Part shown: positions 1 through 10,792 of the stretch, piece by piece
How the letters are laid out: every line of letters starts with the position of its first letter
Numbering within the stretch: position 1 is the first letter of the stretch
Made by a program: the position numbers and the translations under genes
From: Diplonema japonicum
Taxonomy: Eukaryota; Protista; Euglenozoa: Diplonemea
Assembly: GCA_964019335.1 (NCBI GenBank)
Contig: OZ025759.1
Location: forward strand, 1 to 64,000
Direction of reading: 5' to 3'
Length of the DNA: 64,000 bases
The notes under the pieces: model-generated
Told to the model about the DNA's origin: nothing
Databases searched by the model: none
Seen by the model: only the letters and a program-made list of their open reading frames with translations

Positions 1-16
1 GTCAGAAGACGCAGAA

Positions 17-691
17 ATGGAGGCTCGAGATATGCGTTTTTTTGTAAAGCGAGTGACCAGTTGTGTAATAGTACTTGGTGTGATGTTCTGCTTTGGGTAC
101 TTCGGGATGAAGCTGCAGGGCGGCGAGCGAGAGGACGAGCCACCAAGGTTCCAATGCGACGCAAGCACAGGGTACATAAGGTACACGGATTACGGGATAC
201 GTGCAAATGTGAGCGGAAACTACCCTGTTCTTCAAGTGGAACACTACAGCGGGGCCTCGCGCACCGATCTGTGGGTGAATGGGGGCTTAAACGACAGCAG
301 CGCACCGAAGCAACCTGTGACAGAACACACGAGGTGCAGCGATGGTGAGTTCTCTATTACAAGCCCTGAAGCTTACTTTATGAAGTGTCTTACATTAACC
401 CAAGGGAATTTCCTGTGGTCCCATCCGTTGCCCCCCGACTCTGTGTACTGCACATTAACGTACACCCACCACCCCCACCCCGCATTCGTCTCTTTCACTG
501 TTCTGTCTCACTTGCCTCCTGTTTGCAATCTAACCACCCCTTATCCTTCGCAGTGTATTGGAACAAATGTGCTGTTCGCAACGAGCACTGTGGCTGTCGC
601 CCATGCATCGAATGTTGAAGTACACATTGAGATACCTGTGTACCCTGTCGGGCCTACCAATGCGACGGCTGAGTTTGCGTTGATTATTTAG
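17..691 (+). CDS. Hypothetical membrane-anchored/secreted protein (224 aa)
   Basis: ORF with coding-like composition and N-terminal hydrophobic segment CVIVLGVMFCFGYFG; true start could lie upstream of the window. Confidence 0.7.
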   Translation: MEARDMRFFVKRVTSCVIVLGVMFCFGYFGMKLQGGEREDEPPRFQCDASTGYIRYTDYGIRANVSGNYPVLQVEHYSGASRTDLWVNGGLNDSSAPKQPVTEHTRCSDGEFSITSPEAYFMKCLTLTQGNFLWSHPLPPDSVYCTLTYTHHPHPAFVSFTVLSHLPPVCNLTTPYPSQCIGTNVLFATSTVAVAHASNVEVHIEIPVYPVGPTNATAEFALII

Positions 692-783
692 TATACAATC
701 CTCCTATATATATCTTTTTTTTTTTTTTTTTTTTTTGTTGCACCCTTGTGTAGGAGTGAAGGAAGGGGGAAGGGGGAAAAAAA

Positions 784-2918
784 ATGCTTGCCTTCCAAGA
801 AAACCCGACGCAGCAGGTCCCGTTGCAGCCGAAACCGGTTTCCATGGACCACCCGTTGCTCCTTGAAGAGCGGGACCTCCACGACGAACCGTTCATGGTG
901 TACATGCTGGACGGGGCTACCTTTCAACGATGCGCCTGCTTCGTGACCAACTACAGGGTACAGCTCAGCACGAAAGGCAAAGGAATGGTGGGCCTACCTA
1001 GAAGCGCCATCATGAAGATCGGTACGGAGAAGGTAGGCACGGTCCACCAATACCTCAACGACAGCTCGCAGGCGGTTCAGATATATTGCAAGAACGGGTG
1101 GTCCGTGTACCTCAGATGCGACAGCGCCACCGTGGAGGAACAGAACAATTTCAAAAAGCTTCTTGCGCTTCTTCACGATGCAGTGGCAGAGGACTTCAAA
1201 CAGAGATTCTGCCTGCAGACCACCAAGACAAACGAAAGCTGGTACTCATTCAAAGCGGAAACCGCCAGAATACTGGGGGGCGACCCTTCCATGTTTGGGT
1301 TCAGGATAACCACCGTGAACCACGATTATTCTGTATCAGCTTCATACCCACAGCACAGTTTGGTCCCGATCGAGGCTACGGACGATTTAATACGAAAACA
1401 CTCGGAATTCCGTGCAAAAGGGAGGTTTGTTTCCATAAGCTGGGTACACAAGGTTTCAATGGCTTGTTTGGCGCGATCTTCGCAACCGCTTGTCGGGTTG
1501 AAAAAGATCCGATCGGAAGCGGATGAAGAAATGCTGTCCTTGCTACGCCCCAAGCCCCACACAACACAAGCGAAGGAGAAACGAAACGGACAAAACCGAC
1601 GACGAGCAATGACAGAAGTACAGCATCTTACACAGTTCAATATCCGAGACGGGACAACGCACCACAACACCACCATCATCGATCTCCGGCCGTGGAAGAA
1701 CGCCGCCGCCAACATGGCGAAAGGAGGCGGTTACGAATGCTCGAATTTGTACAACTGCACCTACATCAACGGGGGTATGGAGGACTGCCATGTCATACAG
1801 GCCTCACTGGAAGGCCTTCAAAAACTAAGCAGAAGCGAACCCAACGCGTGGCGATCCGATCTGTTAAACACCAGATGGTTGGATCACCTGGAGCTCCTTG
1901 TAAAATGTTCCGTTACGTGTTTGTCGCAGCTTCTCTCCGGCGGGTCAGTACTGGTTCACTGCACGAACGGGTGGGACAGAACGGCGCAGGTGGTTTCGTT
2001 GACAATGCTGCTTCTCGATCCGTTTTACAGGACTTTCGAGGGGTTTCAGATTCTGGTTCAAAAAGAATGGACCGAAATGGGGCATCGGTTCAGCTCCCGA
2101 TGCGGTAACGGTCCTACCGGTGCAGCAAAAGACCTATCCCCTATTTTCTTGCAATTCTTGGACGCTGTGTACCAGGTAATGACCTTGTACCCCACTGCAT
2201 TCGAGTTTTCAGATACGTATCTTGAATCTTTGGCGGATCATGTATACTCCTGCCGCTATGGGGATTTTTTGTTCGACACACAGCAGCAAAGGGTGGAGGC
2301 AAGGATCACAGAGGACACGCGGTCTGTGTGGACGTTCCTGTCTTCCCGACGGTCGTTTAAAGCTCATTGTAATTTGCTGTACACACCTTCTGCGATACTT
2401 AACCCTGAAGGTCAGTACAAAAAGTTTTGTTTGTGGGGTTACTACCTTCGTTATGATTTCTTCTGGAACTCGGATTGCAAGCAGGAGGCGCTCACGATGA
2501 GAAAGATTGATTTTTTGGATTTTTTGGAGAAGCGAACGCATAGTGTTGAGACGGGATCGACGGATGATGATGAGGAGTTTTACAAAGAGCGGTTTCCTGA
2601 AGATGAACCCGCATCAGGGTGGCCTGCGTCTCCTTTGGAACGGGGGCCGCCTGCGTCGTTGCCGGTTGACGCTGAGCCCCGAAGGGGTGTGTTTTTCGCC
2701 ACCGCTGACGTGCGGTGGATTCCAGACACGTTGGCCCATTCTTGTTCGTTTTGCAAGAATCCTTTTTTTTGGTACCGCCGGCGGCACCACTGCCGCTCGT
2801 GTGGAAGGGTGTTCTGCTCGAAATGTTCGTCGGGAAAAGTTTACTTGCCAACCCTCGGCCACAACACCGAAAAGGTTCGGGTGTGTGATTTCTGCAGACG
2901 CAGGAACACGGCTCATTG

Positions 2919-2919
<1 letters not shown>
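784..2919 (+). CDS. Myotubularin-related phosphoinositide 3-phosphatase with C-terminal FYVE finger (MTMR3/4-like architecture)
   Basis: SYP, RSSQPLVG, VHCTNGWDRTAQ, LLDPFYRTFEGF, SPIFLQFLD motifs; FYVE WIPD..CSFC..RRRHHCRSCGRVFC..RVCDFC. Confidence 0.95.
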
Positions 2920-2957
<38 letters not shown>

Positions 2958-3530
2958 GACTTCTGTTGGTATCTTTCCATTTTTTTTTTTTTTTTGATGT
3001 GATGAATGAACATCTGCATTTTTTTCTCTTTTTTTTTCCCCCCCTTGGCATCAAACGAAGACCTGGAAGAGTTGAAGCAACAATGGGATAAGGAAAGAAG
3101 CGCGAGAAAGGGTTTCTCACAACGACCTCTTTCACCTCATATATATATATTTCTTTTATACTTTTATTTATTACATTATGATAAGTTTGTCTTTTTTTTG
3201 TTTTTTTTTTGTTTTAAATGACGAAGGAGGGTGAACCGAACTTCCTTATCGCCAAATATGAGCCACTATTTGTTGGTATATATAATAGCCAGCACACTTC
3301 GAAAAAAAAAAAAACCCCTCCACCTCCTCCTCCTCCCTTTCTCCATGATCTCTATCTCTTATCTCCCCCCTTTTTTACTGTTAGCAACAAAAAAAAAAAA
3401 AAAAAAAAAGAAATCGCAACAAGCCTTTCCGCCCACCTCTCTTTTTTCTTATGAATCTTTTTTCTTTCTTTCTACTCTCAAAAAAAAAAACCCCTCACAA
3501 CAGGACACACACACACACACACACCACACA

Positions 3531-4665
3531 ATGGGGAAGAACAAACCAAAAGCAAAAGCGTCGGAAAAGCAAGAGGACGCACCCCTCAAAGCGGAGAGCA
3601 ACAGCGCCCCGCAGCAGCAACAACAACAACAGAGAAGGAGGAGAAAGAGGAAATGCTGCCGCTGTCCGGAGTGGCTACCGTGGGTCATTATGTCAATGCT
3701 CATCATGGGCGTGCTCCCCGCAGTAGTATTCGCCCTCCCAGTACTGGTACCCCCAGTGAAGGAAGCCGACGGGAGGTTCACAATGGTAGGTGGTGGCGGC
3801 TTTGAAGGGGTGAGAGGGTTGTGGAGTGTCCTGAACAAGTTTGGAACCCGCTACTGCGCTGAACAAGGTGCGAAGGATACCATCAAGTGCCACATGTCTG
3901 TTATGGAAATGTCTCTTGAGATTCTTAGAGCACCTGGACTTGTTGACTTTTACACAGCAATGCCGCAAACCGCTCTGAACGAGGAAAACTTCGCCGCCTA
4001 CAAGGGCGCGGTATCGCCTCTTCGTATTGACCAGCAGTGGGAGGAGTTTACGGTCGACCCTTCAGGCGCCAATCCCTCACAGGTTGCTAAGATCGTCCTG
4101 GACATGGCCTCGGTGTCAAAGACTCGACATGCTCCCATCGCTTCAAAGAATTCCCCCTTTTCTCAAAAAATCACGACCCTCACCGACACTGTTGGGTTTG
4201 TTAAGTGCCAAGACGAGTTCTCCAAGGTCTTTGGGAAGGATCGTTCGGATCTTTTCGTGTCAGGGGGTGTGGCACAGTCCGGGAAGGTCTCGGAGGAGAC
4301 ACGTGCTGCACACGACTCTCGCACAGCCTCCCTCTTGTGGTCCGACAAGAGAAAAACAATCTATGCTTTCGGCCTTGAAGCCGCCATTGCCATCACCAGA
4401 AGCATCCCATCTGATCTCTCCGATGCAACGCCAGTGAACATTGTGATCTTGCCGTTGGCCGATGGGGCGTATGTTAAATTTTTAAAAAAAAAGAAGAGAA
4501 AAAAAAAATTCTTTTTTTATTCACAGGAACCAGTGGTACCTTCACACGCGTGGAAGGGAAACCTGCGAGCCCGAGGCCTTCAGGAAGATTTATGAAAACA
4601 CCTTCCAGTACTTCGCTTGGGTGATCCGAGGCGCGAACCAGAAGCTGCAGGTGCTTTCGAAATAG
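3531..4665 (+). CDS. Hypothetical type II membrane protein; exons 3531-4468 and 4527-4665
   Basis: ATG 3531 after (CA)n; TM segment WLPWVIMSMLIMGVLPAVVFALPVLV; removing intron 4469-4526 replaces a poly-K/F read with ...DGANQWYLHTRGRETCEPEAFRKIYENTFQYFAWVIRGANQKLQVLSK*. Confidence 0.75.
4469..4526 (+). other. Spliceosomal intron (58 nt, GTATGT...TCACAG)
   Basis: AT-rich interruption bounded by GT-AG; excision restores a coding-like frame. Confidence 0.85.
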
Positions 4666-5195
4666 AGGAGGTTTTTTAAAGTAAGTAAAGAGGTGCAGGT
4701 TTTTTTCAAAGACCTTTTTTTTTTTTTTTTTTTTATATTTAAAGGGGGTGAAGGGGGGAAGTGTTTTCACGACTGTTCAGTGTTTTTTTTTTTTTTTTTT
4801 TTTCAGAATTAGAGAAAGGATGGGGGGATATAAAAAAAAATACACCCCCGCCGTCGTTTGGCATGAGGATCTACTCTTTCTCCCCCCCTAAAAAAAAACT
4901 TACTCCCGTAACAAAAAAAAAAGAACGTCCATGGCTTTGGGGTTTAATATTTTCTTTTCTTTTTCTTTTTAAAACTGATCTGCAGTCCGAGAAAAAAGAT
5001 AAAGGAGGGGAACACACCCAATCTTTGGTTCCCCCCCCTTTTTTTTTTCGTCTTAAAACTGCTAACAACTTAACACGTTTTTTTTTTTCTTTTTTTTTTT
5101 TCTTTTTTTTTCTTTTTCTTTTCCTTGCTTTAAAAAAAAAAAATAAAAAATAAAAAAAAAGGTAATAAAGAAAATGATACCCCACTAGCAACATC

Positions 5196-5873
5196 ATGGG
5201 ACAGTCTGCAGTTTTAGAAGACGAGCCTGTTGTACTAGGGCAGGGAAGGCTGTTTTTGAACATAGTGCCCTTGAGGCAACAGGAACCCACCGTGCTTGTG
5301 AAGACGAGAAAAAAGAAACAGCGGCCGACGGCAAGAACCAGGGTTGCACCAAGAAGGCCCAACAACGACGCTACATTTGACTGGCTTGTGGGTTTAGCGG
5401 TACGAGAGCCCCTTCACTTGGTCAAGTGGGGGGTGGTAGGGGCGGTGCTTAGCGTTGTCGTCTCAGCTGTTCAAACTCATCCGAAAAGAGTAGTGGAGGG
5501 AAGAAAAACCTTCACAGGATGGAGGGTGGTTAAAAATACCCCAAACAGCCTGTCGCTGTCACTAGGGAGCATTACGAGTCCCAACTCTACGCTTCAAAAG
5601 CCCAAGCGGCTGTTCCACCTGGCGCCCCGATCAGTTGTTGCTCCGCACCCTCCACCGTCCGCCTTCGGTACCATAGCGCACCCAGTACCCCCTCCTTGCC
5701 CAAGGTGGTTCCAATCCTCTTCCATTCAATATCTCGGTGAAGGCTCCCTCTTGCGGCCAACACCGCAAACCCCACCCGGCGACGGCCCGCCCGCCGCACA
5801 GCGCAAACTGTACATAAAAAACAATACTTCAGTGATGGTACGGACTGCAAGGGGTGTCATTAAGTGCCTATGA
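5196..5873 (+). CDS. Hypothetical protein (225 aa), Pro-rich, possible TM segment
   Basis: GC-richer ORF between homopolymer spacers; no recognised domain. Confidence 0.6.
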   Translation: MGQSAVLEDEPVVLGQGRLFLNIVPLRQQEPTVLVKTRKKKQRPTARTRVAPRRPNNDATFDWLVGLAVREPLHLVKWGVVGAVLSVVVSAVQTHPKRVVEGRKTFTGWRVVKNTPNSLSLSLGSITSPNSTLQKPKRLFHLAPRSVVAPHPPPSAFGTIAHPVPPPCPRWFQSSSIQYLGEGSLLRPTPQTPPGDGPPAAQRKLYIKNNTSVMVRTARGVIKCL

Positions 5874-5885
5874 TGCAGGTGAAGG

Positions 5886-5916
<31 letters not shown>

Positions 5917-6044
5917 CCGTGTGTGTGCTTCTGCACATGCCCATATCCCACCTCATCATCATACCCAATTTTGTATTCGTTTTTTTTTTTTTTTTTTTTT
6001 TTTTTTTCGGACGACAACATCAACAATAAGAGAAAAACAAAAGG

Positions 6045-6077
<33 letters not shown>

Positions 6078-6917
6078 ATGAGCGCCGAAGAGGAAGCGCC
6101 CCCTGTAGTCGAGCTTCTCGACGAGGAGGAAAAACAAGACCCCGAGAGGTACCTCCCAAAGGATGTTACACCGGACCCCAACAAGCCCAAGGTCATCCTG
6201 ACGATCAAGGACCCGGGCCACGTTATAAAAGGGTGTTTCCCAATATACGAGGGCAGGGTGAAGATAGAAGTCGATGGGACGGAAAAAGAGATTGTGGTCG
6301 GTGAGTGGGACGAGAGGTGGGAGGCTGGGGTGCGCGCGATGAGGAAAGGCGAGGAGGGCACCATCACCTCCGAGGGCGAATCCGTCCACATAAAGGTGAC
6401 AGACATACAGAACCTCCCAGAGCCGTACGAGATAGAGGTGGAGCAGAAGATAGCTTTTGCAAACGAGAGGCGGTTGCAAGGCAACTCGTTCTACGCACAA
6501 AAGGACTTTACCAACGCAATAAAAAAGTACGAGTCCTCACTTAAGTATTCCGACCAAAAGTTCGGTCTAGGCATGCAAGAGCAAGCAGACCTCAAAGCCT
6601 GCTCCGAGCCTACTTTCACCAACCTTGCCGCGGTGTATCTCCACCTGCAGAACTACCATCTCGCCATCACCCACCTCACTGCCGCCATCGAAAATAATAA
6701 ATCGTGCACTACAGCTCTCATCCGGAGGGCTAAGGCCTATATCGGGACCTACGATTTCGAACTTGCTGAGTGTGACCTGTCTCAGATTTCTGACGAAGTT
6801 CTCGCGAGCAATGAGAACGTTGCAGCACAGGTTGCCGAGGTGAGGGAGAGCCTGAAGAAGGCCAGGGCCCAGGGAGAGAAACAAGACAAGCAAACGTACT
6901 CGAAAATGTTCAAGTAA
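6078..6917 (+). CDS. FKBP-like domain + TPR co-chaperone (FKBP4/AIP-type)
   Basis: WEAGVRAMRKGEEG (FKBP-like); TPRs GNSFYAQKDFTNAIKKY, FTNLAAVYLHL, ALIRRAKAY; C-terminal YSKMF. Confidence 0.85.
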   Translation: MSAEEEAPPVVELLDEEEKQDPERYLPKDVTPDPNKPKVILTIKDPGHVIKGCFPIYEGRVKIEVDGTEKEIVVGEWDERWEAGVRAMRKGEEGTITSEGESVHIKVTDIQNLPEPYEIEVEQKIAFANERRLQGNSFYAQKDFTNAIKKYESSLKYSDQKFGLGMQEQADLKACSEPTFTNLAAVYLHLQNYHLAITHLTAAIENNKSCTTALIRRAKAYIGTYDFELAECDLSQISDEVLASNENVAAQVAEVRESLKKARAQGEKQDKQTYSKMFK

Positions 6918-7166
6918 GAAGAAAAAAAAATATTATAAAAAAAAAAAAAAAAAATACAATAAGTGTTGTCCTCTATCTTTTTTTTTTTTTTTTTTTTTCT
7001 TCTCAGAGCACCGTTGCTTTTTGTACCCACATTTCACGTTAAGAAAAAGATCATTCTTTCTTTTTTTTTTCTTCACTTTAAAAAAAAACTCAAAAAAAAA
7101 AAAAAAAAGAGGGGGAAGAGGAGGGGGAGGGCGGAGAAGTACAAAAAAAAAAAAGAAAGAAAAAAA

Positions 7167-8601
7167 ATGCAAACTCTGTCCCAATTATGGGACGACATGT
7201 GCGGATTGATTATCAGACCGCAACGGTGTGAGTACGAGGTGTCCCACTTGGGCCCACAGGTATTGAACCTCAAAAAGAAGAAGAAAAAAAGAAAGAAAAA
7301 ACCATATCCCCCAGCTCTTCCGTATCGATGATGGGGTGTACGAACGGACGGACGTAACAGTGTACAACCCAAGAGGAATGGAACTGAAATGCAGCCACTT
7401 CGAACCTACCCAAAGCCAGCGCCCCTCCGAGAAAATGCCTTGTGTAGTGTATCTGCATGGAAACTGCGGAAGCCGGCAAGACTCGCTGGACTGTGTGACG
7501 GTCCTCCTTCCCCACGGTATATCCTTGTTCAGCTTTGACTTCTCTGGATCGGGTCTTTCAGAGGGGGAATACGTCTCCCTGGGCCATTTTGAAAAGCAAG
7601 ACCTTGCCACCATCATCGACTACCTGCAGTCAAAGGGAACCACCTCACGAGTAGGGTTGTGGGGCAGGTCCATGGGTGCTGTAACCAGCATCATGTATGC
7701 AAGCAAGGACCCAACCATAGCCGGCATCGTGTGCGACTCGCCCTTCTCCAGCCTGCCTGATCTGATGCAGGAATTAGTTCTAACACAGAAACCTTGGGTT
7801 CCGAAGTTCCTTCTCAAAGCTGCCATCAACAGCATGCGGTCGACAATCACGAAAAAGGTTGGGTTTGACATCCACGACCTGAACACTATTAAGTACGCAT
7901 CTTCGTCTGATGTTCCTGCCCTCCTTGCGCATGCGAAGGATGATCTTCTTGTTGACCAGCGGCACTCCAAGCTTGTGCAGCAGGCGTACCAAGGGGAGTG
8001 TGCCTTGATGGGCTTCGAGGGAGGGCACAACACAGACAGGCCCGAGTTTTTCTTGGACGCCGTCACCACCTTTTTCATCCACCACCTGATCACCAAGCCA
8101 CCCCCAACCGACTCCCGTACCCCTATCCGTGCGCGTTCCACACCCCAAGCTTCTTCATCAAACCACGTGGACCCTATGTTGGTGTTGAAGGAGGACAAGG
8201 AGGAGGACGCGGCGAAGAAAGATGACGAGAAGGAAGAGGTGTGCGGCGATGACACAGCTAGCCCGTCTGAAACCCAAGAAGCTAGAGAGGAAGAGGTTAA
8301 AGCACAGGAAGAAATCGAAGCAAAACAACAGGAGGAGGCTGAGGTTAAAGAAGAAAAGGCTGAGCTCAAAGGAGAAGAGGCTGAGCTCAAAGAAGAAGAG
8401 GCTGAAGTTAAGGAGGAAGAAGTTGCGGCAAAAGAGGAAGAGGCACAACAGAAGGAAAGCGAAGATATCGAAGCTAAAGAAAGCGCCCATGTGGGAGCAA
8501 ACAAGGAAAGTGAAGTACAGAAAGAAAACGAAGAAGAAAACCAAAAGGAGGAAAAAGAAGAAACGCACACCACTGAAGAGGAAGGAGGACAAGTTAGTTA
8601 G
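7167..8601 (+). CDS. Alpha/beta hydrolase with Glu-rich tail; exons 7167-7259 and 7315-8601
   Basis: YLHGNCG, FDFSGSGLSEGEYVSLG, nucleophile elbow GRSMG, GGHN; spliced N-terminus IIRPQR..Y...LGP typical of the family. Confidence 0.9.
7260..7314 (+). other. Spliceosomal intron (55 nt, GTATTG...CCCCAG), A/G-rich body
   Basis: Joins GPQ to LFRIDDGVYER in frame with the hydrolase ORF. Confidence 0.9.
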
Positions 8602-9369
8602 ATAGACTGGGTGGGGGAGTGTTCACCGTGGTGTGTATGCATGTGCGTGTCTTCTCTTTCTTTTTCTCTTTTCTGTTTTTTTTGTTGATTGAGAAAAAAA
8701 AGAGAAGAAAAAAAAAGAACACTTGTGGGGGTGGGGGGAGGAGAAAATACAATAGAATATGATTCTTTTTTTTTTCTTTTTTGGTGATAAACCCATCTTC
8801 TTACAAATGAAAAGTTAGAAAGGAGAAAACGAAAGATTCTTGCTGAAAATTGCCCCCATCCCCCCCCCCCCACTCTCTCCTGTTTTTGTGACAAATGGTG
8901 GCTGACCCCCCAAAAAAAAAGAAAATCCTCAAATTGGAAAAAACCCCCCCAAAAAAAAGTTATTTTTTAGGGGGTAGACAAAAGAAAAATTTGGTTTTTA
9001 TTGTTGTCTCGCCGTCACTGCAGGTGGGGGGGGGGGGGGGGGGGCTCTACGACGGAACCAAAAAAAGGGGGGGGGGAAATGATGTCCCTCCACCCCATGC
9101 CAAATTGTCTTTTTTTTTGATGGGGTCGTCACCAAACCACTTCGTTTCTTTCTTCTATAATACTGAGATTTTTTGTTTTTTTTAAAATGTTCCCCCCCCC
9201 CCCCAGGAATGTGTCCGTGTGATAAAAAAAAAGGGGGAGAGGGGGGAGATACTTATTTGACTCATATCCTGTTGTTTCTCTCTCTCTCCTTGTTCTTTTC
9301 GTTATCCTCACAAACACCAATGGTAAACACGGGGGGGAAAAAAAGGGGGAGGGGGACATTTTCACGATC

Positions 9370-10677
9370 ATGAATAGTAAACAGCTTACCCCCGATGAAT
9401 TCAACAGGTGCAACGAGACCTTCAACAACCTGGTAGTTAACGAAGGATCTAGCAGAGTGGACTCAGTTCTGAAACTTCGAAACGTTTTGCAAGCGTTGGG
9501 CTTGCAAATCGACGGAGGGGAGCTTAACGAGCTGATCCCTTCAGGCGGCATGACGGTAGACAATCTCATAGGACTTCTAGAAAGATTAAAAGCAAGGCAC
9601 GCCCTCCCGACCAACTCCTTTGGAAGCGACACACAACAAGCATTCATCGCCATGGGCGGAGGCCCCTGTGGAGAAGGCGATGTGTCCACCAATTTACTCA
9701 TGAAAATGGTGCAGGATTTCGGCTTAAACCTCGACATTGAAAAGCTAATAAGCGAGGTTGATCTAGACGCAAGCGGGAGCATCAATTTTGAAGAATTCAC
9801 CGCGCTTTTTTCGGCGGTGGCGCAGAACCCCGATTCTGAAGGACAAAAACACCCCGACAACGAACAACCAAAAGAACACTGTACCAAGAGCAGCCCTCGC
9901 GGTCGTGGTAGAAGAGCCGTGAGCAGAATGAGCATTTTCCAGCCACCGTGTAGTGATGAAGGCCAGCTCTCCGCACACAATGACGATACCAAGAAGGCAA
10001 ATCATGCCAGTCTTGTTTCGTCGCTTCCTGAACGAAAGATTACTGTTATTGCGTCCGGTGCGAAGAAGACGTCAGAGCAGCGCCCGTTAACACGCGATGA
10101 GTTGCTCAGCATAAAGTTGAAACGATTGGCCAAAGCAACAAAGCGAGCCGGTTTGGTAGGCGGTGATCTCCCGCCTATCCCCACCGGAGGGAAGAAGGTG
10201 AAGATAAAACGGAAACAACCATCTCCCAAATCAAACAGCGTCTCATGCACGGAGTCGCCTGACGTCTACGACACACGTTCTGTGTACCCTGGCAGGCGGC
10301 GGTGCCTCGTCGATTTTTCGATTCGGTTGGCGCCGCTCCCCGCGCCGGGCCATTCCGAGATATTTTCAGGTAGTATTTCCCGGTGCCATTACCACCAACA
10401 GCTTTCAGGTATCAGCAGTTCTTTGAAGGACGCGCTTCGCACCCCTTCGCGTCCGCTTCCCGCGTCTCCTCAGCTTCTTGGCATGACACAGATTAGATCG
10501 GCGTTGCAAGGCAGCAGCAGCAGGGTTAAAAAGGAAAACCTCGGGGCGACCCAGACGACGGCCGCCGTCACGCATCTCAGAGGCATCATCCAAAAGCACA
10601 ACGTAGGCAGAGGGAAGGGCGGCTTCATACGAGACCTGTGCGGGTCCGAGACGATTCTAACCTCACCTTTTCGATGA
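9370..10677 (+). CDS. EF-hand protein, dynein LC4-like N-terminal domain plus disordered C-terminus
   Basis: DTQQAFIAMGG...DFGLNLDIEKLISEVDLDASGSINFEEF resembles the outer-arm dynein 18-kDa light chain EF-hand pair; alternative start ATG 9320 plus candidate intron 9323-9384. Confidence 0.75.
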   Translation: MNSKQLTPDEFNRCNETFNNLVVNEGSSRVDSVLKLRNVLQALGLQIDGGELNELIPSGGMTVDNLIGLLERLKARHALPTNSFGSDTQQAFIAMGGGPCGEGDVSTNLLMKMVQDFGLNLDIEKLISEVDLDASGSINFEEFTALFSAVAQNPDSEGQKHPDNEQPKEHCTKSSPRGRGRRAVSRMSIFQPPCSDEGQLSAHNDDTKKANHASLVSSLPERKITVIASGAKKTSEQRPLTRDELLSIKLKRLAKATKRAGLVGGDLPPIPTGGKKVKIKRKQPSPKSNSVSCTESPDVYDTRSVYPGRRRCLVDFSIRLAPLPAPGHSEIFSGSISRCHYHQQLSGISSSLKDALRTPSRPLPASPQLLGMTQIRSALQGSSSRVKKENLGATQTTAAVTHLRGIIQKHNVGRGKGGFIRDLCGSETILTSPFR

Positions 10678-10792
10678 TTTACATCATTCCCCCCCCCCCC
10701 CCCCCCCCTGTTCTTTTTTTATAAGTATTTGTGCTGGCGAGGGGGGGAAAAGAAAAGGAAAAAGAAAAAGAAGAGGGGGGAAGAAAAAAAAA

